From NCBI GenBank assembly GCA_963761975.1, contig CAVXIR010000004.1:1219148-1283147 (forward strand): a DNA stretch of 64,000 nucleotides, written 5' to 3'. Below are positions 1-9,949 of this stretch, piece after piece. The first letter of the stretch is position 1. Each line of letters opens with the position of its first letter. The stretch is from Vicinamibacterales bacterium. GTDB lineage: Bacteria; Acidobacteriota; Vicinamibacteria; Vicinamibacterales; JAMQPK01. The position numbers and the translations under genes are program-made. Below the pieces are notes generated by a model. It was not told where the DNA came from and made no database searches. It saw only the letters and a program-made list of their open reading frames with translations.

Positions 1-287
1 CTCAGCACAAAGAGATCCTGGCCTGGACGCGTGGGGTCGGCGACATCGACGTCGATGAAGCCGCCGTAATAGAGCGTGACGAGCGGGATGGTGGCCGAGA
101 ATGCGCCGCCGGCGTGAAGGCTCTTGTCGACTGCGTCGCGACACTGTTCGAGCATCAGCAGCCGGATGTCGGAGTCCTTGATCGCCAGCAGCTTGAGAAT
201 GCCCTCGCGCAGAAGGTAATCCTGGGTCGCGGCCGGCGCGCGGAACGCTGCCCGGCTCACCCGAGAACCAAGACGACGGCTGACCAC
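1..287 (-). CDS. transketolase N-terminal (TPP-binding) subunit, 5' portion only; runs off the window start
   Basis: Minus-strand translation reads ...LHAGGAFSATIPLVTLYYGGFIDVDVADPTRPGQDLFVLS. This fits the H-x-GG-x-S ... LY ... P..RD-F-V-LSKGH N-terminal signature of split transketolases. Candidate GTG start at 287 (alternative at 260), 7 nt after the stop of the upstream gene. The ORF is truncated by the window edge. Confidence 0.5.
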   Translation of the reverse strand, partial: MVSRRLGSRVSRAAFRAPAATQDYLLREGILKLLAIKDSDIRLLMLEQCRDAVDKSLHAGGAFSATIPLVTLYYGGFIDVDVADPTRPGQDLFVL

Positions 288-294
288 AGGGTCG

Positions 295-2316
295 CTACCT
301 GGCATCGGGCAACGCGAACACGTGAAGGCGTCCGCCGATGCGACTCTCGTCGACTTTTCTGGCGACCGGGCGGCCGCCGCCGGCCATGATGGCCACGTAC
401 TGCTTGCCACGTTTGCCTTGATAGGTAATCGGCACGGCGCGGCCGTTTTCCGTCAGATCGCCAACCCAGAGCACCTTTCCCGTTCGCGCGTCGAATGCCC
501 GGAATCGCGCGTCCTGCGAAGCGGCAATGAAGACGAGACCGCCCGCCGTTGCAATCGGTCCACCCCTGTTCAGTGTGCCGGTCGCGGGCACGCCCAGCGC
601 ATCAAGCTCTTCGAACGAGCCGAGCGGAACTCTCCATGCGATGTCGCCGGTGTTGAGGTTCACGGCAACGAGCTCGCCCCACGGCGGCTGCTGACATGGC
701 CAGCCCTTCCGTCCATCCCAGAAATTTGTTCCGAGCATCGGGGGAGCTTTGTCGGGACCGTTGCGGATGTACATGTTCTCGTACATCGTGCTCTTGACCA
801 TCTTGTTGAGCATGCCGTGGTCCTGCGTCGGCGTGAACAGGTAGCCGAGATCTGGGCTGAACGCCGAACCGTTCCAGTTTCCTCCGCCGGTCCATCCGGG
901 AAAAATGATGCTGAGCTTCGGCCCATATTGCGCGTACGGTCCGCCTGTCTTGACGCCCCCTTCGAGCTCGAGCAGTCCCCGGCAATACTTCTCGTGCTCG
1001 GGAGTGATTTTCGCGATTTCCTCAGGCGAAAACGTCATGCGAGCAATCGGCGGAGGTTTAATTGGAAATGGCTGCGTCGGCGAGTACTCGTCGCCAGGAA
1101 TGGGATTGTCGGAGACAACCGGTCGTTCCTCCACGCCGAAAACCGGTGTGCCCGTGACGCGATCGAAGACGAACAGCAGCCCCTGTTTCGTGTACACCGA
1201 CACGGCGGGAATCGTGCGGCCGTTGCGCCTGATATCGACGAGCGTCGGCGGCGCGGTCAGGTCGTAATCCCAGTTATCGTGATGCGTCGTCTGGAAAAAC
1301 CACTTGAGCTTTCCGGTCGTCGCGTCGAGTGCCAGAAGCGATGACCCGTACACATTCGAGCCGAGTCGATCGCCTCCGTAGAAATCGGTCGCAGGGGTTC
1401 CAACCGGAATGTATGCAATCCCACGAGCCTCGTCGACGGTAATGAATCCCCACGCATTCGCTCCCGCGCGATCGACCCACTGATCGTTTTTCCAGGCGTT
1501 GTGATTCGGTTCGCCGGGCCGTGGAACAGTATGGAACGTCCAGGCGAGTTTGCCCGTCCGCAGGTCCCATGCGCGCACATCGCCCGAGGGACCGAGACTC
1601 GGGCTCTCTTGCGAGTGATTTCCCGTAATAGCCAGATGCTTGTAGATAGCGGGCGGCGAGGACAGTGCCACGCGGAGCTTCGGAAATTTCTCGCCGACGC
1701 CCTGCCGTAGATCGACTTTGCCGCCCTGTCCGAATCCCGGCGCATACTCGCCAGTTTTTGCGTTCAGGGAGATCAGCAACGACGACCCGTCTGCGGTGCC
1801 GAACACAAGCTGAGGCGGTATGCCGTCGGCTCCAGGCCAGTATGCGAGCCCACGGGTCGACGGCATCTGACCGATGTCTTTGACCCAGATTTCCTTGCCC
1901 GTGTCGGCGTCGAGCGCGACGACACGGTTGTAGGCGGTCACCATGTACATCACGCCGTCGACCACGAGCGGCGTTGACGCCGATTGTCTCGGCGCCGGTC
2001 GCGACGGCCCCGCCGGCGGGTTCGCTCCTCCACGAGCCGGCGCCGCGGCATTGGGCCCGCCTTCTTCCTGATTCTCTGCCGCTCCGCCGCCTCGAGGCGG
2101 AGAAGGGGGAACGACGGCGGGCGTATCGTACGTCCACACAAGTTGGAGGCTCGACACGTTCGACGTGTTGATCTGCTTGAGGGGCGAGTACCGCTTGGCC
2201 CCCGAATCGTGGCCGTGCCCCGGCCAGTCTCGCTCGGGCTTGGGCGCCTGAGCCACGACGATGGTGGCTACTGCAAGCCCGCCGAGCGTGACGACGAGTA
2301 AGCGCGTTGCACTCAT
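295..2316 (-). CDS. PQQ-dependent dehydrogenase (glucose/quinate/shikimate-like 8-bladed beta-propeller), secreted
   Basis: 673 aa ORF with signal peptide MSATRLLVVTLGGLAVATIVVAQA. Propeller core motifs: HTVPRPGEPNHNAW, GANAWG, DFYGGDRLGSNVYGSSLLALDATTGKLKWFFQTTHHDNWDYD, PTQPFP. Collinear with the ORFs at 5009-7282 and 58392-60479. The start overlaps the upstream stop (ATGA). Confidence 0.85.
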   Translation of the reverse strand: MSATRLLVVTLGGLAVATIVVAQAPKPERDWPGHGHDSGAKRYSPLKQINTSNVSSLQLVWTYDTPAVVPPSPPRGGGAAENQEEGGPNAAAPARGGANPPAGPSRPAPRQSASTPLVVDGVMYMVTAYNRVVALDADTGKEIWVKDIGQMPSTRGLAYWPGADGIPPQLVFGTADGSSLLISLNAKTGEYAPGFGQGGKVDLRQGVGEKFPKLRVALSSPPAIYKHLAITGNHSQESPSLGPSGDVRAWDLRTGKLAWTFHTVPRPGEPNHNAWKNDQWVDRAGANAWGFITVDEARGIAYIPVGTPATDFYGGDRLGSNVYGSSLLALDATTGKLKWFFQTTHHDNWDYDLTAPPTLVDIRRNGRTIPAVSVYTKQGLLFVFDRVTGTPVFGVEERPVVSDNPIPGDEYSPTQPFPIKPPPIARMTFSPEEIAKITPEHEKYCRGLLELEGGVKTGGPYAQYGPKLSIIFPGWTGGGNWNGSAFSPDLGYLFTPTQDHGMLNKMVKSTMYENMYIRNGPDKAPPMLGTNFWDGRKGWPCQQPPWGELVAVNLNTGDIAWRVPLGSFEELDALGVPATGTLNRGGPIATAGGLVFIAASQDARFRAFDARTGKVLWVGDLTENGRAVPITYQGKRGKQYVAIMAGGGRPVARKVDESRIGGRLHVFALPDAR

Positions 2317-4257
2317 CGCTTCGCGTCTTTCCAGTTGTTCCAGAAGATGAACGTGCCCCGCTTGGTCGACGTGATGATCTCCGCGCTGCCGTCCTTGTTG
2401 AGATCCACCACTGACAGGTGCGAGCCCACTCCGGATCGGTTGTGGATCAACTCCGGCACGAATTCGGCACCACCCGGCGCCTTCGAATTCCGCACGGCGC
2501 GATAGACATATAGCACCGGCGCCCCGTGCGGATCGGGATCGATGAAGGTGTCGAGATGAGACCAGAATCGTTTGCCTGTGATGAAGTCCTGCAGCCCATC
2601 ACCGTCCACGTCGGCGTACGTGGCACCGTGGAGCTGCGAGAACGTCACCCCGCCGGCGTTCTTCGTCGAAAAATCCGTCATGATCGGACGTTCGACAAAT
2701 GAACGCGACCCGTCGGCCGCTTTTTTCTGCTCGAACCACGACAGCCCCCAGCCGTGTGCCTGCAACGAAGTGACGACGTCGTTGAGCCCATCCCCGTTGA
2801 CGTCATAAACCGCCATCTCGGCGCCGCCCGGGCTCGAGCGGGTCCACTTCCCGAAGGCCGCCGGATGGTACCTCCAGGTTCCAGACGATGGCCGATCGCC
2901 GATCGACGATGGACGATCCGCGGGTTGTTCCCACCAGCCGAAGGCGTTGAGGAAATCAGCACGCCCGTCGCCGTTGACATCGCCAACGCCCATGCCGTGA
3001 TTCGCCCACGGGCCCGGCTCGCTGATGTAGTGCTTAGTCCAGAGGCCGGTCGGGTTCGCACGATCGGGCTTCGCATACACGAAGCGGTTCTCGCTGTCCT
3101 TGAACAGGAACTCAGGCGTGCCGTCGCCGTCAACGTCCTTGAGCAGCATGAACTCGCACGACATGCGGTCGGTGACGGTGTAGGTCTCCCACCGTCGCGA
3201 TTCGCCTTTCGGATTGACATAGAGAATCGCCGGGCGCTGAAACACCGAGTTCAGCACGTCGGGCCATCCGTCGCCTGTGAAATCGTATGCGTACTGCAGC
3301 CCGTTGAAGTACCTGCGTGCCTGGATCGATCGTCCCGCCAACGTAGATCTCGCGCGCGGTGTTGTAGTCGGGACCGAGGTAAAAATAGGGACCGGCCACG
3401 ATGTCGGGCGTGCCGTCACGATTGAAATCGGCAACGGCGGGCCCCCACGAATAATAAAACTCATTGAGTGTCTGCATCCGGAAGCGGGTCGACACCTTTT
3501 CGGGACTTGCCACTCTCGGCTGGAGATCCTTGTAAGAAATGTCCTTGAATCGCACTTCGCCGGTTCCGCCGACATACAGCGCGAACGGACCGTAGGCGCC
3601 GTACTCCGGCTCCGCCACCGAGTCGCCGATTCCTCCGGCGTCATTGAGAAACGCGCGAAGGATATTGGCGTCAAGCACGAGCTCGATGGTGTTCCAGTCG
3701 CCGCCACGCAGGCCGGTCACCGGACGCGGAATGGGCGATGCGATCCCGCCTGGCATTTGAGGGATGGCGGGCGGACCGCCCGCCCGGGCGGGAGCTGCGG
3801 CGTTCGGCGCAGGATCGGGAGGCGGCGCCGCGACGCGAAGCTGTCCTCCGCCGGGTCCTCTCAGACGCTCTTTCGACTTCTCGACGCCCTGCGCGTCGAG
3901 CGTCACTCGATAGGCAGCGAGGTTTCCCTCGTTCAGCGAAACAAAGACACCCTTCAGCCCTCCGTCGGCCGTCCGTTCGGCGCGTAGCATGACGCCGGTC
4001 TGGCAGCCGGCCGCGCATCGGAACGAGGCGAACACAGCGACGTCCTGATACGAACGATCGGATATCAGCCAGCCGCCCGAACCCGAGCCGATAATTTCGC
4101 CGTTCTCGGCACGCCAGGTTGCCTGGCCCACAGGCTTCCAGCCGTTGAGAGTCGAACCGCTGAAGACCACGTCAGGAACGAAATTCTTGGATGCCCCATC
4201 GACGAGCGACACGAGCACCACAAGGGCCAGAGCAACGGAAGCGATGGTTCGACGCAT
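2313..4257 (-). pseudogene. DUF1080 (3-keto-disaccharide hydrolase-like) + FG-GAP/VCBS repeat protein, interrupted by a 1-nt frameshift near 3312
   Basis: The N-terminal part lies in ORF 3130-4377 from the Met at 4257 (MRRTIASVALALVVLVSLVDG..., DUF1080-like SGGWLISDRSYQDVAVFASFR). The C-terminal part lies in ORF 2313-3707 (DFTGDGWPDV, DVDGDGTPE, DVNGDGRAD, DVNGDGLND, DVDGDGLQD). The whole is collinear with the intact paralog at 9950-11923. The frame switches at ACG CAG [G] TAC TTC; removing one G gives PGTQYFNGLQYAYDFTGDGW, compared with paralog PGTEYSF...DFTGDGW. Confidence 0.8.
2883..2919 (-). repeat. in-frame heptamer array in the frameshifted FG-GAP paralog
   Basis: The sense strand reads GATCGTC CATCGTC GATCGGC GATCGGC CATCGTC and encodes DRPSSIGDRPSS. 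It occupies the same position (after WWEQPA) as the array at 11306-11340. Confidence 0.85.
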
Positions 4258-5009
4258 CACGTAATCCTCTCTTGACTTGCAATTCGCGACTTGCGACCGG
4301 CGACTTTCGACTTTCGACTTGTGACCTCGAGCGCCGCGGCTTCTTCCGCTTCCTCCTCGAGTGCCGCCCGAAGCCATTGTCCGGGCTCCTCGATGTGAAG
4401 CCGAAGGGCGCGTTCGGCCGCGTCGGGATCGTGAGTGCGCAAGGCGTCGACGACGGCGGCGTGCCGTTCGACGATCTCACGAAGCGAATGATGCGACTTC
4501 GACACCGTCAGGAACGTCGTTGTCGCCAGGCGCATGCGATCCCAGATCTGTTGAAGCATGCGGTTGCCCGATGCCTGGACGATGGTCAGATGGAACGCGA
4601 AATCCGCCTCGACGGCTCGACGGTTGTCGCCCCCGGCTGCGGCGGTTCGCATCGTCGCGAGAAGGCTTTCGAGCTTCTTGATCGTCGCGGGATCTATCTT
4701 CGAGGCCGCCTGACGTGCGGCCAGTCCCTCGAGGACGGCACGAATGGGATAGAGCTGCACGAGCTCTTCGGCCGAAATCTGCCTGACGATGGCGCCGCGG
4801 AACGGCGAGCTCACGACAAAACCGAGCAGGTCGAGGTCGCGAAGCGCCTCGCGGACCGGGGCCTGACTGACACCGAACTGCTGGGCGATGCGCATCTCGA
4901 CGATGCGCTCGCCCGGCGCGAGACGCCCGTTGAGAATGTTTTCGATCAGCCGGTCCCGAATCTCGTCTCGAAGGACACGGCGCTCGCGTCGAGGGCTCTT
5001 GGTTCGCAT
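4257..5009 (-). CDS. GntR-family transcriptional regulator, FadR/FCD subfamily
   Basis: Winged-HTH segment LAPGERIVEMRIAQQFGVSQAPVREALRDL followed by an FCD-like helical domain (FHLTIVQASGNRMLQQIW...). I place the start at Met 5009 (MRTKSPRRERR), where its ATG overlaps the upstream stop (TAATG). Its stop overlaps the next ATG (TGATG). The last ~25 codons are encoded by the heptamer repeat at 4273-4328. Confidence 0.85.
   Translation of the reverse strand: MRTKSPRRERRVLRDEIRDRLIENILNGRLAPGERIVEMRIAQQFGVSQAPVREALRDLDLLGFVVSSPFRGAIVRQISAEELVQLYPIRAVLEGLAARQAASKIDPATIKKLESLLATMRTAAAGGDNRRAVEADFAFHLTIVQASGNRMLQQIWDRMRLATTTFLTVSKSHHSLREIVERHAAVVDALRTHDPDAAERALRLHIEEPGQWLRAALEEEAEEAAALEVTSRKSKVAGRKSRIASQERIT
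4273..4328 (-). repeat. heptamer array (8 units, NNAGUCG on the mRNA strand) forming the 3' tail of the GntR gene
   Basis: The plus strand reads TGACTTG CAATTCG CGACTTG CGACCGG CGACTTT CGACTTT CGACTTG TGACCTC. The unit belongs to the same family as 8264-8331. The array is followed by SD AGAGAGGA and the downstream ATG at 4257. Confidence 0.9.
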
Positions 5010-7282
5010 TACCGCTGGGTTCCTTTCTCTGGCAGCGCAAATGCAACATATGCCCTGACGGGCGCCGACTGGGTCTGTTCCATCATCCCGTCCTGGCCTC
5101 CAGTCGTTGAGGTGGCGTTGATGACAAGGAACTGACGGCCCTTCACCTCGTACATGATCGGAATTCCGCGAGAGCCGGCAGGCAGTGAAGCAGTCCAAAG
5201 GACACGGCCGGTATCCGAATCATAGACGCGGAGCTTGCCGTCGCCGCCGGCCTGGAACAGCAAGCCTGCGGACGTCGTAATCACGCCGGTTCGCAGGCTG
5301 AGGAATCCGGTGTCTTTCGCGCCGGCGGCGGTCGCGCGCGCGTCGTCACCGCCCGCCGGCACCTGCCATTTGATCGTCCCGGTGTTGAGATCGTAAGCGG
5401 TCAGGGTCGAGTACGGCGGCTTGAAAATCGTGTTGTTCATGCCGTAACCGGTGTACATCCGCACTTCAGGCACCTTGAGCCCAGAGGGATATTCCGGGCC
5501 GATCATGCCCCCTGCGCGGCCCGGCGGAATCGCCCGCCCTCCTGGCGCACCACCGGACGCGACAACCGGTCCGCCGGGTACCGCCACCGGCCCTGGACCG
5601 GCGCCACGACCGCGCGAGGTTGCTCCTGCGTCGGGTGTCGCGAGAAAGGCGACCAGCGCGGCCAACTGCGTCTGGTTGAGATCGTTATTCTGCGGCATCC
5701 CTGGCCCGCCGCCAGTGATGACTTCTCTCAACGGCTCAGGTCCCATTCGCGTCGTGATGTCGACGAGAGAAGGATAGTTACCGCTTCCTTTCAAATCGGC
5801 GCCATGACACGTCTGACACCGTTGCCCGTAAAGCGTCCGTCCTTGCGCAACCACCGCGGCACCGGCTCCGCGGCCTCCGCCTCCGGGCGCCGGAGCCTCG
5901 GTGCTCAGCTTGTAAATCGACGGGACGTTGATGCTCAATATGTAAACGACCCCCTTCTCGGGATCGGCGGCCGTGCACCCCCAGTTGGCGCCACCCTGCG
6001 CACCGGGAATCGACATCGTCTCTTTCAGCGACGGCGGCGTGAACAGCCCTTCGTTGCGCATGTTCGCAATGCGCGTCTTCCACTCAGCGCGCTCCTCGGA
6101 TGTAAGGATGTACGGATTGATATCGTCGGCCGTCATCTTCTGCGGCGCAAACGGAGGAGGCGCGGTCGGAAACGGCTGAGTGGGCCAGGCCCGCTCACCA
6201 GGGATGTCGCTCGGCGGGACCTTCCGCTCTTCGATCGGCCACAAGGGCTGTCCCGTGACGCGGTCGAACACGTAGAGAAACCCTGTCTTGCCGGCCTGCG
6301 CGACCACGTCGATCGTCTTGCCGTTCCTCCGCACCGTCGTCAGCTGTGGGGCGGCAACGTTGTCGTAATCCCACAGGTCATGATGGACCATCTGAAAGTG
6401 CCAGAGACGCTTCCCAGTACGCGCGTTCAGCGCCAGCAGCGACGTTCCAAACAGATTCGCGCCGTGACGATCGGCGCCGTAGAAATCGTAGGTCGGCGAG
6501 CCGAGCGGAAAATAGGCGATACCTCTGACCGGATCGATCGTGATTTCGCCCCATGTGTTCACGCCGCCGATGTACTTCCACGCATCCTTCGGCCACGTCT
6601 CATACCCAAACTCGCCTGGATGCGGCACGGTATGAAATTGCCAGACGAGCGCGCCGGTCACGACATCGAACGCACGCAGATCGCCGGGAGGCGCCATGTA
6701 ATTCTCACCTGCCGCCGATCCGAGAATGATGAGGTTTTCGAATACTTTTCCGGGATTCGAGGACTGCGTTTTGACAATCGTGGCAGGGTTGCGCCCTAGC
6801 CCCTCGCGCAAATTCACTGCCCCGTCTTTCCCGAACGTCATGATTGACTTGCCTGTCTGCGCATCGATCGCCTGCAGGTAGCTGTTCATCTGGAACAGCA
6901 GCCGCCGGTCCGAGCGGTCCTTGCTTTCCCAGTAGTTGATGCCTCGCGGCGCAATCCCCTGCAGGCCTTCGTGAATCCAGATTTCACGTCCCGTTGTGGC
7001 GTCGAGCGCGACGAGAGAGTTGTTGCGCGCCAGGACATAGATGGTGTTGTCGACCACGATCGGGTTGAAGACGTACGACACGTTGTCATTGGTGGGATAG
7101 GTCCACGCGACGCCAAGCTGGTCGAGCGTCGACTTGTTGATTTGGTTCAGGGAAAAATATCGAGCGTTATCCGGACCTCCACCGTAGTCAGTCCAGGTGG
7201 TGCGACCCGACTGTGCGTGTCCGTGCTGCGTCGCCATCGCAGCAATGCAGGCTACTGCAAGCGCGCCGTTCGATAGGTTCAT
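5009..7282 (-). CDS. quinohemoprotein: PQQ-dependent dehydrogenase with an internal c-type cytochrome domain
   Basis: 757 aa with a signal peptide. PQQ propeller motifs: HTVPHPGEFGYETW, GVNTWG, DFYGADRHGANLFGTSLLALNARTGKRLWHFQMVHHDLWDYD, PTQPFP. A CxxCH heme site (CQTCH) with downstream GGGPGMPQ lies between propeller blades. More propeller sequence follows it (LTAYDLNTGTIKWQVP...). Confidence 0.85.
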   Translation of the reverse strand: MNLSNGALAVACIAAMATQHGHAQSGRTTWTDYGGGPDNARYFSLNQINKSTLDQLGVAWTYPTNDNVSYVFNPIVVDNTIYVLARNNSLVALDATTGREIWIHEGLQGIAPRGINYWESKDRSDRRLLFQMNSYLQAIDAQTGKSIMTFGKDGAVNLREGLGRNPATIVKTQSSNPGKVFENLIILGSAAGENYMAPPGDLRAFDVVTGALVWQFHTVPHPGEFGYETWPKDAWKYIGGVNTWGEITIDPVRGIAYFPLGSPTYDFYGADRHGANLFGTSLLALNARTGKRLWHFQMVHHDLWDYDNVAAPQLTTVRRNGKTIDVVAQAGKTGFLYVFDRVTGQPLWPIEERKVPPSDIPGERAWPTQPFPTAPPPFAPQKMTADDINPYILTSEERAEWKTRIANMRNEGLFTPPSLKETMSIPGAQGGANWGCTAADPEKGVVYILSINVPSIYKLSTEAPAPGGGGRGAGAAVVAQGRTLYGQRCQTCHGADLKGSGNYPSLVDITTRMGPEPLREVITGGGPGMPQNNDLNQTQLAALVAFLATPDAGATSRGRGAGPGPVAVPGGPVVASGGAPGGRAIPPGRAGGMIGPEYPSGLKVPEVRMYTGYGMNNTIFKPPYSTLTAYDLNTGTIKWQVPAGGDDARATAAGAKDTGFLSLRTGVITTSAGLLFQAGGDGKLRVYDSDTGRVLWTASLPAGSRGIPIMYEVKGRQFLVINATSTTGGQDGMMEQTQSAPVRAYVAFALPEKGTQR

Positions 7283-7316
7283 GAACCCTCCACCCGCCTC
7301 GCGTCTCCGACAAACT

Positions 7317-8246
7317 CTATGTCTTCAACCCCACACCCTGCTTCAGCAGATACGCCCTTGCGATCCTCGCCGTTTCGATAGCCGGAATCGGCATGTCGGG
7401 ACTGCTGTCGAGCTCGACCATCACCATGCCGTCAATCTGTTTGCCGTTCATCATCCCGAGAATGGCCGGAATGTTCACTTTGCCCTGGCCGAGCGGGCAG
7501 TATCCCAGAAACGGCTCGCCGCCGACGAAATCCTTCAAATGCATGTGGTGGATGATCGGGAGAAAATCCTTGACCACTTGAACCGGATCCGATCCCCCTT
7601 TCTGCAGCTGGCCGATGTCGGGACCGAACTTCAGATAACGCGTGTCGACGGCCTCCATCACGGCGTACGTTTCATCCCGAGTCTCGATGCACGTGCCGGT
7701 GTGCTGGTGCAACACCGGCGTCAACCCGACGTCGACCACGGCCTTCGCCCCTTCGTTCAGCGCTTCGACGATGCCCGCTTTGTGTTCCGCAAAATTGTAG
7801 GTGGCGCGTTGAACGCCATTGGGGCCAAAGACGATGACCTTGCCGCCGTACTTTTTCACCAGCCTGGCCGTCGCAACGGTTCGTTCGAGCGACGGCTTGC
7901 GCTGCGCCGGATCGGTGAGATTCGGTCCGCCGTAACTCGAGATGAGCGGCAGCCCATGCTTGTCGAGAAGCCGGCCGAGTCCGCCGTGCGCCTCCATGCC
8001 GTCGATCTGCCAACCGAACAGCTCGAGACCGAAGAAGCCCAGGCCCGAGATGTCTCTGACGATCTGCTCGATCGCGGCCGGATCGGCCAGCCGCATCGGG
8101 CCGGGGCCGGGCTGGTTTCCCCACGGCCACGTGATGCCGGTGTGACCAATTCGGATGTTCAGCTTCTTTTGCGCGTGAACCGGAAGCGCCGTTCCTACGG
8201 CTGCCGCCGCGACCAGTCGCGAAAACGTTCGTCGATCAATTCTCAA
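7317..8246 (-). CDS. sugar phosphate isomerase/epimerase (xylose-isomerase-like TIM barrel), Tat-exported
   Basis: 309 aa. Twin-arginine leader MRIDRRTFSRLVAAAAVGTALPVHAQ. The TIM-barrel body includes IIHHMHLKDF and MVMVELD. The ORF-track start is a TTG, preceded by a purine-rich SD (GGGAGAGAGG). Confidence 0.8.
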   Translation of the reverse strand: MRIDRRTFSRLVAAAAVGTALPVHAQKKLNIRIGHTGITWPWGNQPGPGPMRLADPAAIEQIVRDISGLGFFGLELFGWQIDGMEAHGGLGRLLDKHGLPLISSYGGPNLTDPAQRKPSLERTVATARLVKKYGGKVIVFGPNGVQRATYNFAEHKAGIVEALNEGAKAVVDVGLTPVLHQHTGTCIETRDETYAVMEAVDTRYLKFGPDIGQLQKGGSDPVQVVKDFLPIIHHMHLKDFVGGEPFLGYCPLGQGKVNIPAILGMMNGKQIDGMVMVELDSSPDMPIPAIETARIARAYLLKQGVGLKT

Positions 8247-8263
8247 CGCCTCTCTCCCTCACC

Positions 8264-8331
8264 TTCGACTGGCGACTGGCGACTGCCGACTGCCTTGCGA
8301 CTGCCGACTTTCGACTGTCGACTGTCGACTC
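8264..8331 (-). repeat. intercistronic heptamer array, 9 units of GUCGNNA on the mRNA strand
   Basis: On the plus strand CGACT recurs at 8266, 8273, 8280, 8287, 8298, 8305, 8312, 8319 and 8326: period 7 with one 11-nt step. The array fills the spacer between the mmsA stop and the SD of the isomerase gene. Confidence 0.9.
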
Positions 8332-9790
8332 AAAATCGCCGCGTCCACGACGCCGGCCAGCGCTCGACGACAACTTTCTCCTGCGTGAAGAACTCCACGG
8401 CATCGCGGCCCTGTCCGTGCAGATCGCCGAAAAAGCTATCGCGCGCGCCGCTGAACGGGAAGAACGCCATCGGCGCAGCAACGGCGATATTGATGCCGAT
8501 GTTGCCGACCTCGGCTTCGTGCCGGAACTTGCGGGCGTTTGCGCCGCTCGTCGTAAAGAGACACGCCTGGTTGCCGTACGATCCGGTGTTCACGAGCGCG
8601 ATGGCTTCGTCCACGGTGTCGACGTGGTGCAGAGACAAGACGGGGCCGAAAATCTCGGTTCGCGTGAGATCGCTTTGGAATGCCAGGCCGTCAATCAGGG
8701 TCGGACCGACGAAATTTCCGCGGCGGTACGGCGGCGCGTCCATGGTTCGGCCGTCGACCACGGGGCGCGCCCCTTCGGCAACCGCCTGATCGATCGCCGC
8801 GACGATGCGCGTCCGGCTTTCGGGCGAGATGACAGGGCCCATCTGCACGCCGGCCTCGAGCCCGTTCCCCACAACGCGCGACCGCGCCTTGTCGCGCATG
8901 GCGTCGAGAAACGGGTCGTGAGCCGTGCCGACGGTGATCGCCAACGACGTCGCAAGGCATCGCTGTCCCGCACATCCAAATGCGCTGTCGGCGACCACCT
9001 CGGCGGCGGCGGCAGGATCAGCATCAGGCAGAACCACAACAGGATTCTTCGCGCCGCCCTGGCACTGCGCACGCTTGCCGGCTGCGGCAGCTCTCGCATA
9101 GACGTGGCGGGCCACGGCACTTGACCCCACAAAGCTGATCGATCGCACCGCGGGGTGATCGAGCAAGCCGTTCACCACGTCTCTGCCTCCGTTCACCAGG
9201 TTCAGCACACCCGCAGGCAGATCGACGCTGTCAACCAGCTCGAACACCTTCTGCATCGTCAGGGGCACGCGCTCCGACGGCTTGAGGACCACCGTGTTGC
9301 CGCAGGCAATCGCATAAGGCAGGAACCAGAACGGAATCATGCCGGGGAAGTTAAACGGCGCGATGATCGCCGAGACGCCCAGCGGCTGGCGAATCATGAT
9401 CTCGTCGATGCCCGTGGCGATGTCTTCTGAGTTGTAACCCTGAATCAGGATCGGTGTGCCGCATGCGACATCGACGTTCTCGATCGCCCGTCGCATCTCG
9501 CCGCGCGATTCTGCCAGCGTCTTGCCGCATTCCGCCGTGATCGTTCGTGCGAGATCATCGAACTCGCGCTCGAGCAGGCCCTTCAGCTTGAACAAGAACT
9601 GGACGCGGTCGGTGACGGGCGTGCGTCGCCATGCGGGGAATGCGTGCTGGGCCGCTTCCACAGCGGCGACGACCTCACGATTGGTCGACAGCGGGGTCCT
9701 CGCGAGCTCTTCGCCTGTCGCCGGGTTGAAAACGGGCACCGTCTCGGTGGCGTCCGAGCGAAGCCAGTCGCCCTGTACGTAATTGCGCAT
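8330..9790 (-). CDS. mmsA: methylmalonate-semialdehyde dehydrogenase (CoA-acylating)
   Basis: 486 aa from MRNYVQGDW at 9790. Aldehyde dehydrogenase motifs: [17 protein letters not shown], catalytic [10 protein letters not shown], and C-terminal [27 protein letters not shown], which is typical of MmsA/IolA. The 814-aa ORF-track entry (8330-10774) is an upstream extension shadowing the opposite-strand gene. Confidence 0.9.
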   Translation of the reverse strand: MRNYVQGDWLRSDATETVPVFNPATGEELARTPLSTNREVVAAVEAAQHAFPAWRRTPVTDRVQFLFKLKGLLEREFDDLARTITAECGKTLAESRGEMRRAIENVDVACGTPILIQGYNSEDIATGIDEIMIRQPLGVSAIIAPFNFPGMIPFWFLPYAIACGNTVVLKPSERVPLTMQKVFELVDSVDLPAGVLNLVNGGRDVVNGLLDHPAVRSISFVGSSAVARHVYARAAAAGKRAQCQGGAKNPVVVLPDADPAAAAEVVADSAFGCAGQRCLATSLAITVGTAHDPFLDAMRDKARSRVVGNGLEAGVQMGPVISPESRTRIVAAIDQAVAEGARPVVDGRTMDAPPYRRGNFVGPTLIDGLAFQSDLTRTEIFGPVLSLHHVDTVDEAIALVNTGSYGNQACLFTTSGANARKFRHEAEVGNIGINIAVAAPMAFFPFSGARDSFFGDLHGQGRDAVEFFTQEKVVVERWPASWTRRF

Positions 9791-9809
9791 GATACGGTCC
9801 AAAAGATTA

Positions 9810-9822
9810 ATCGATAATCGAT
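9810..9822. promoter_or_regulatory. candidate operator ATCGAT-A-ATCGAT in the divergent mmsA / DUF1080 promoter region
   Basis: AT-rich TTAATCGATAATCGATAG lies 20 nt upstream of the mmsA ATG in an otherwise GC-rich 159-bp divergent spacer. It consists of two adjacent self-palindromic ATCGAT hexamers. Confidence 0.3.
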
Positions 9823-9949
9823 AGCAACGCACGCGGGAATTTCGGCACTCTGCCTGTATGATGCTCGCGGTCCCCAGAACCGCGCAGGAGCCACAAATCG
9901 CCATGGGCCAGGAAACGTGCTGGTCGTTTTGGACTAAGGGAGTGACGTT

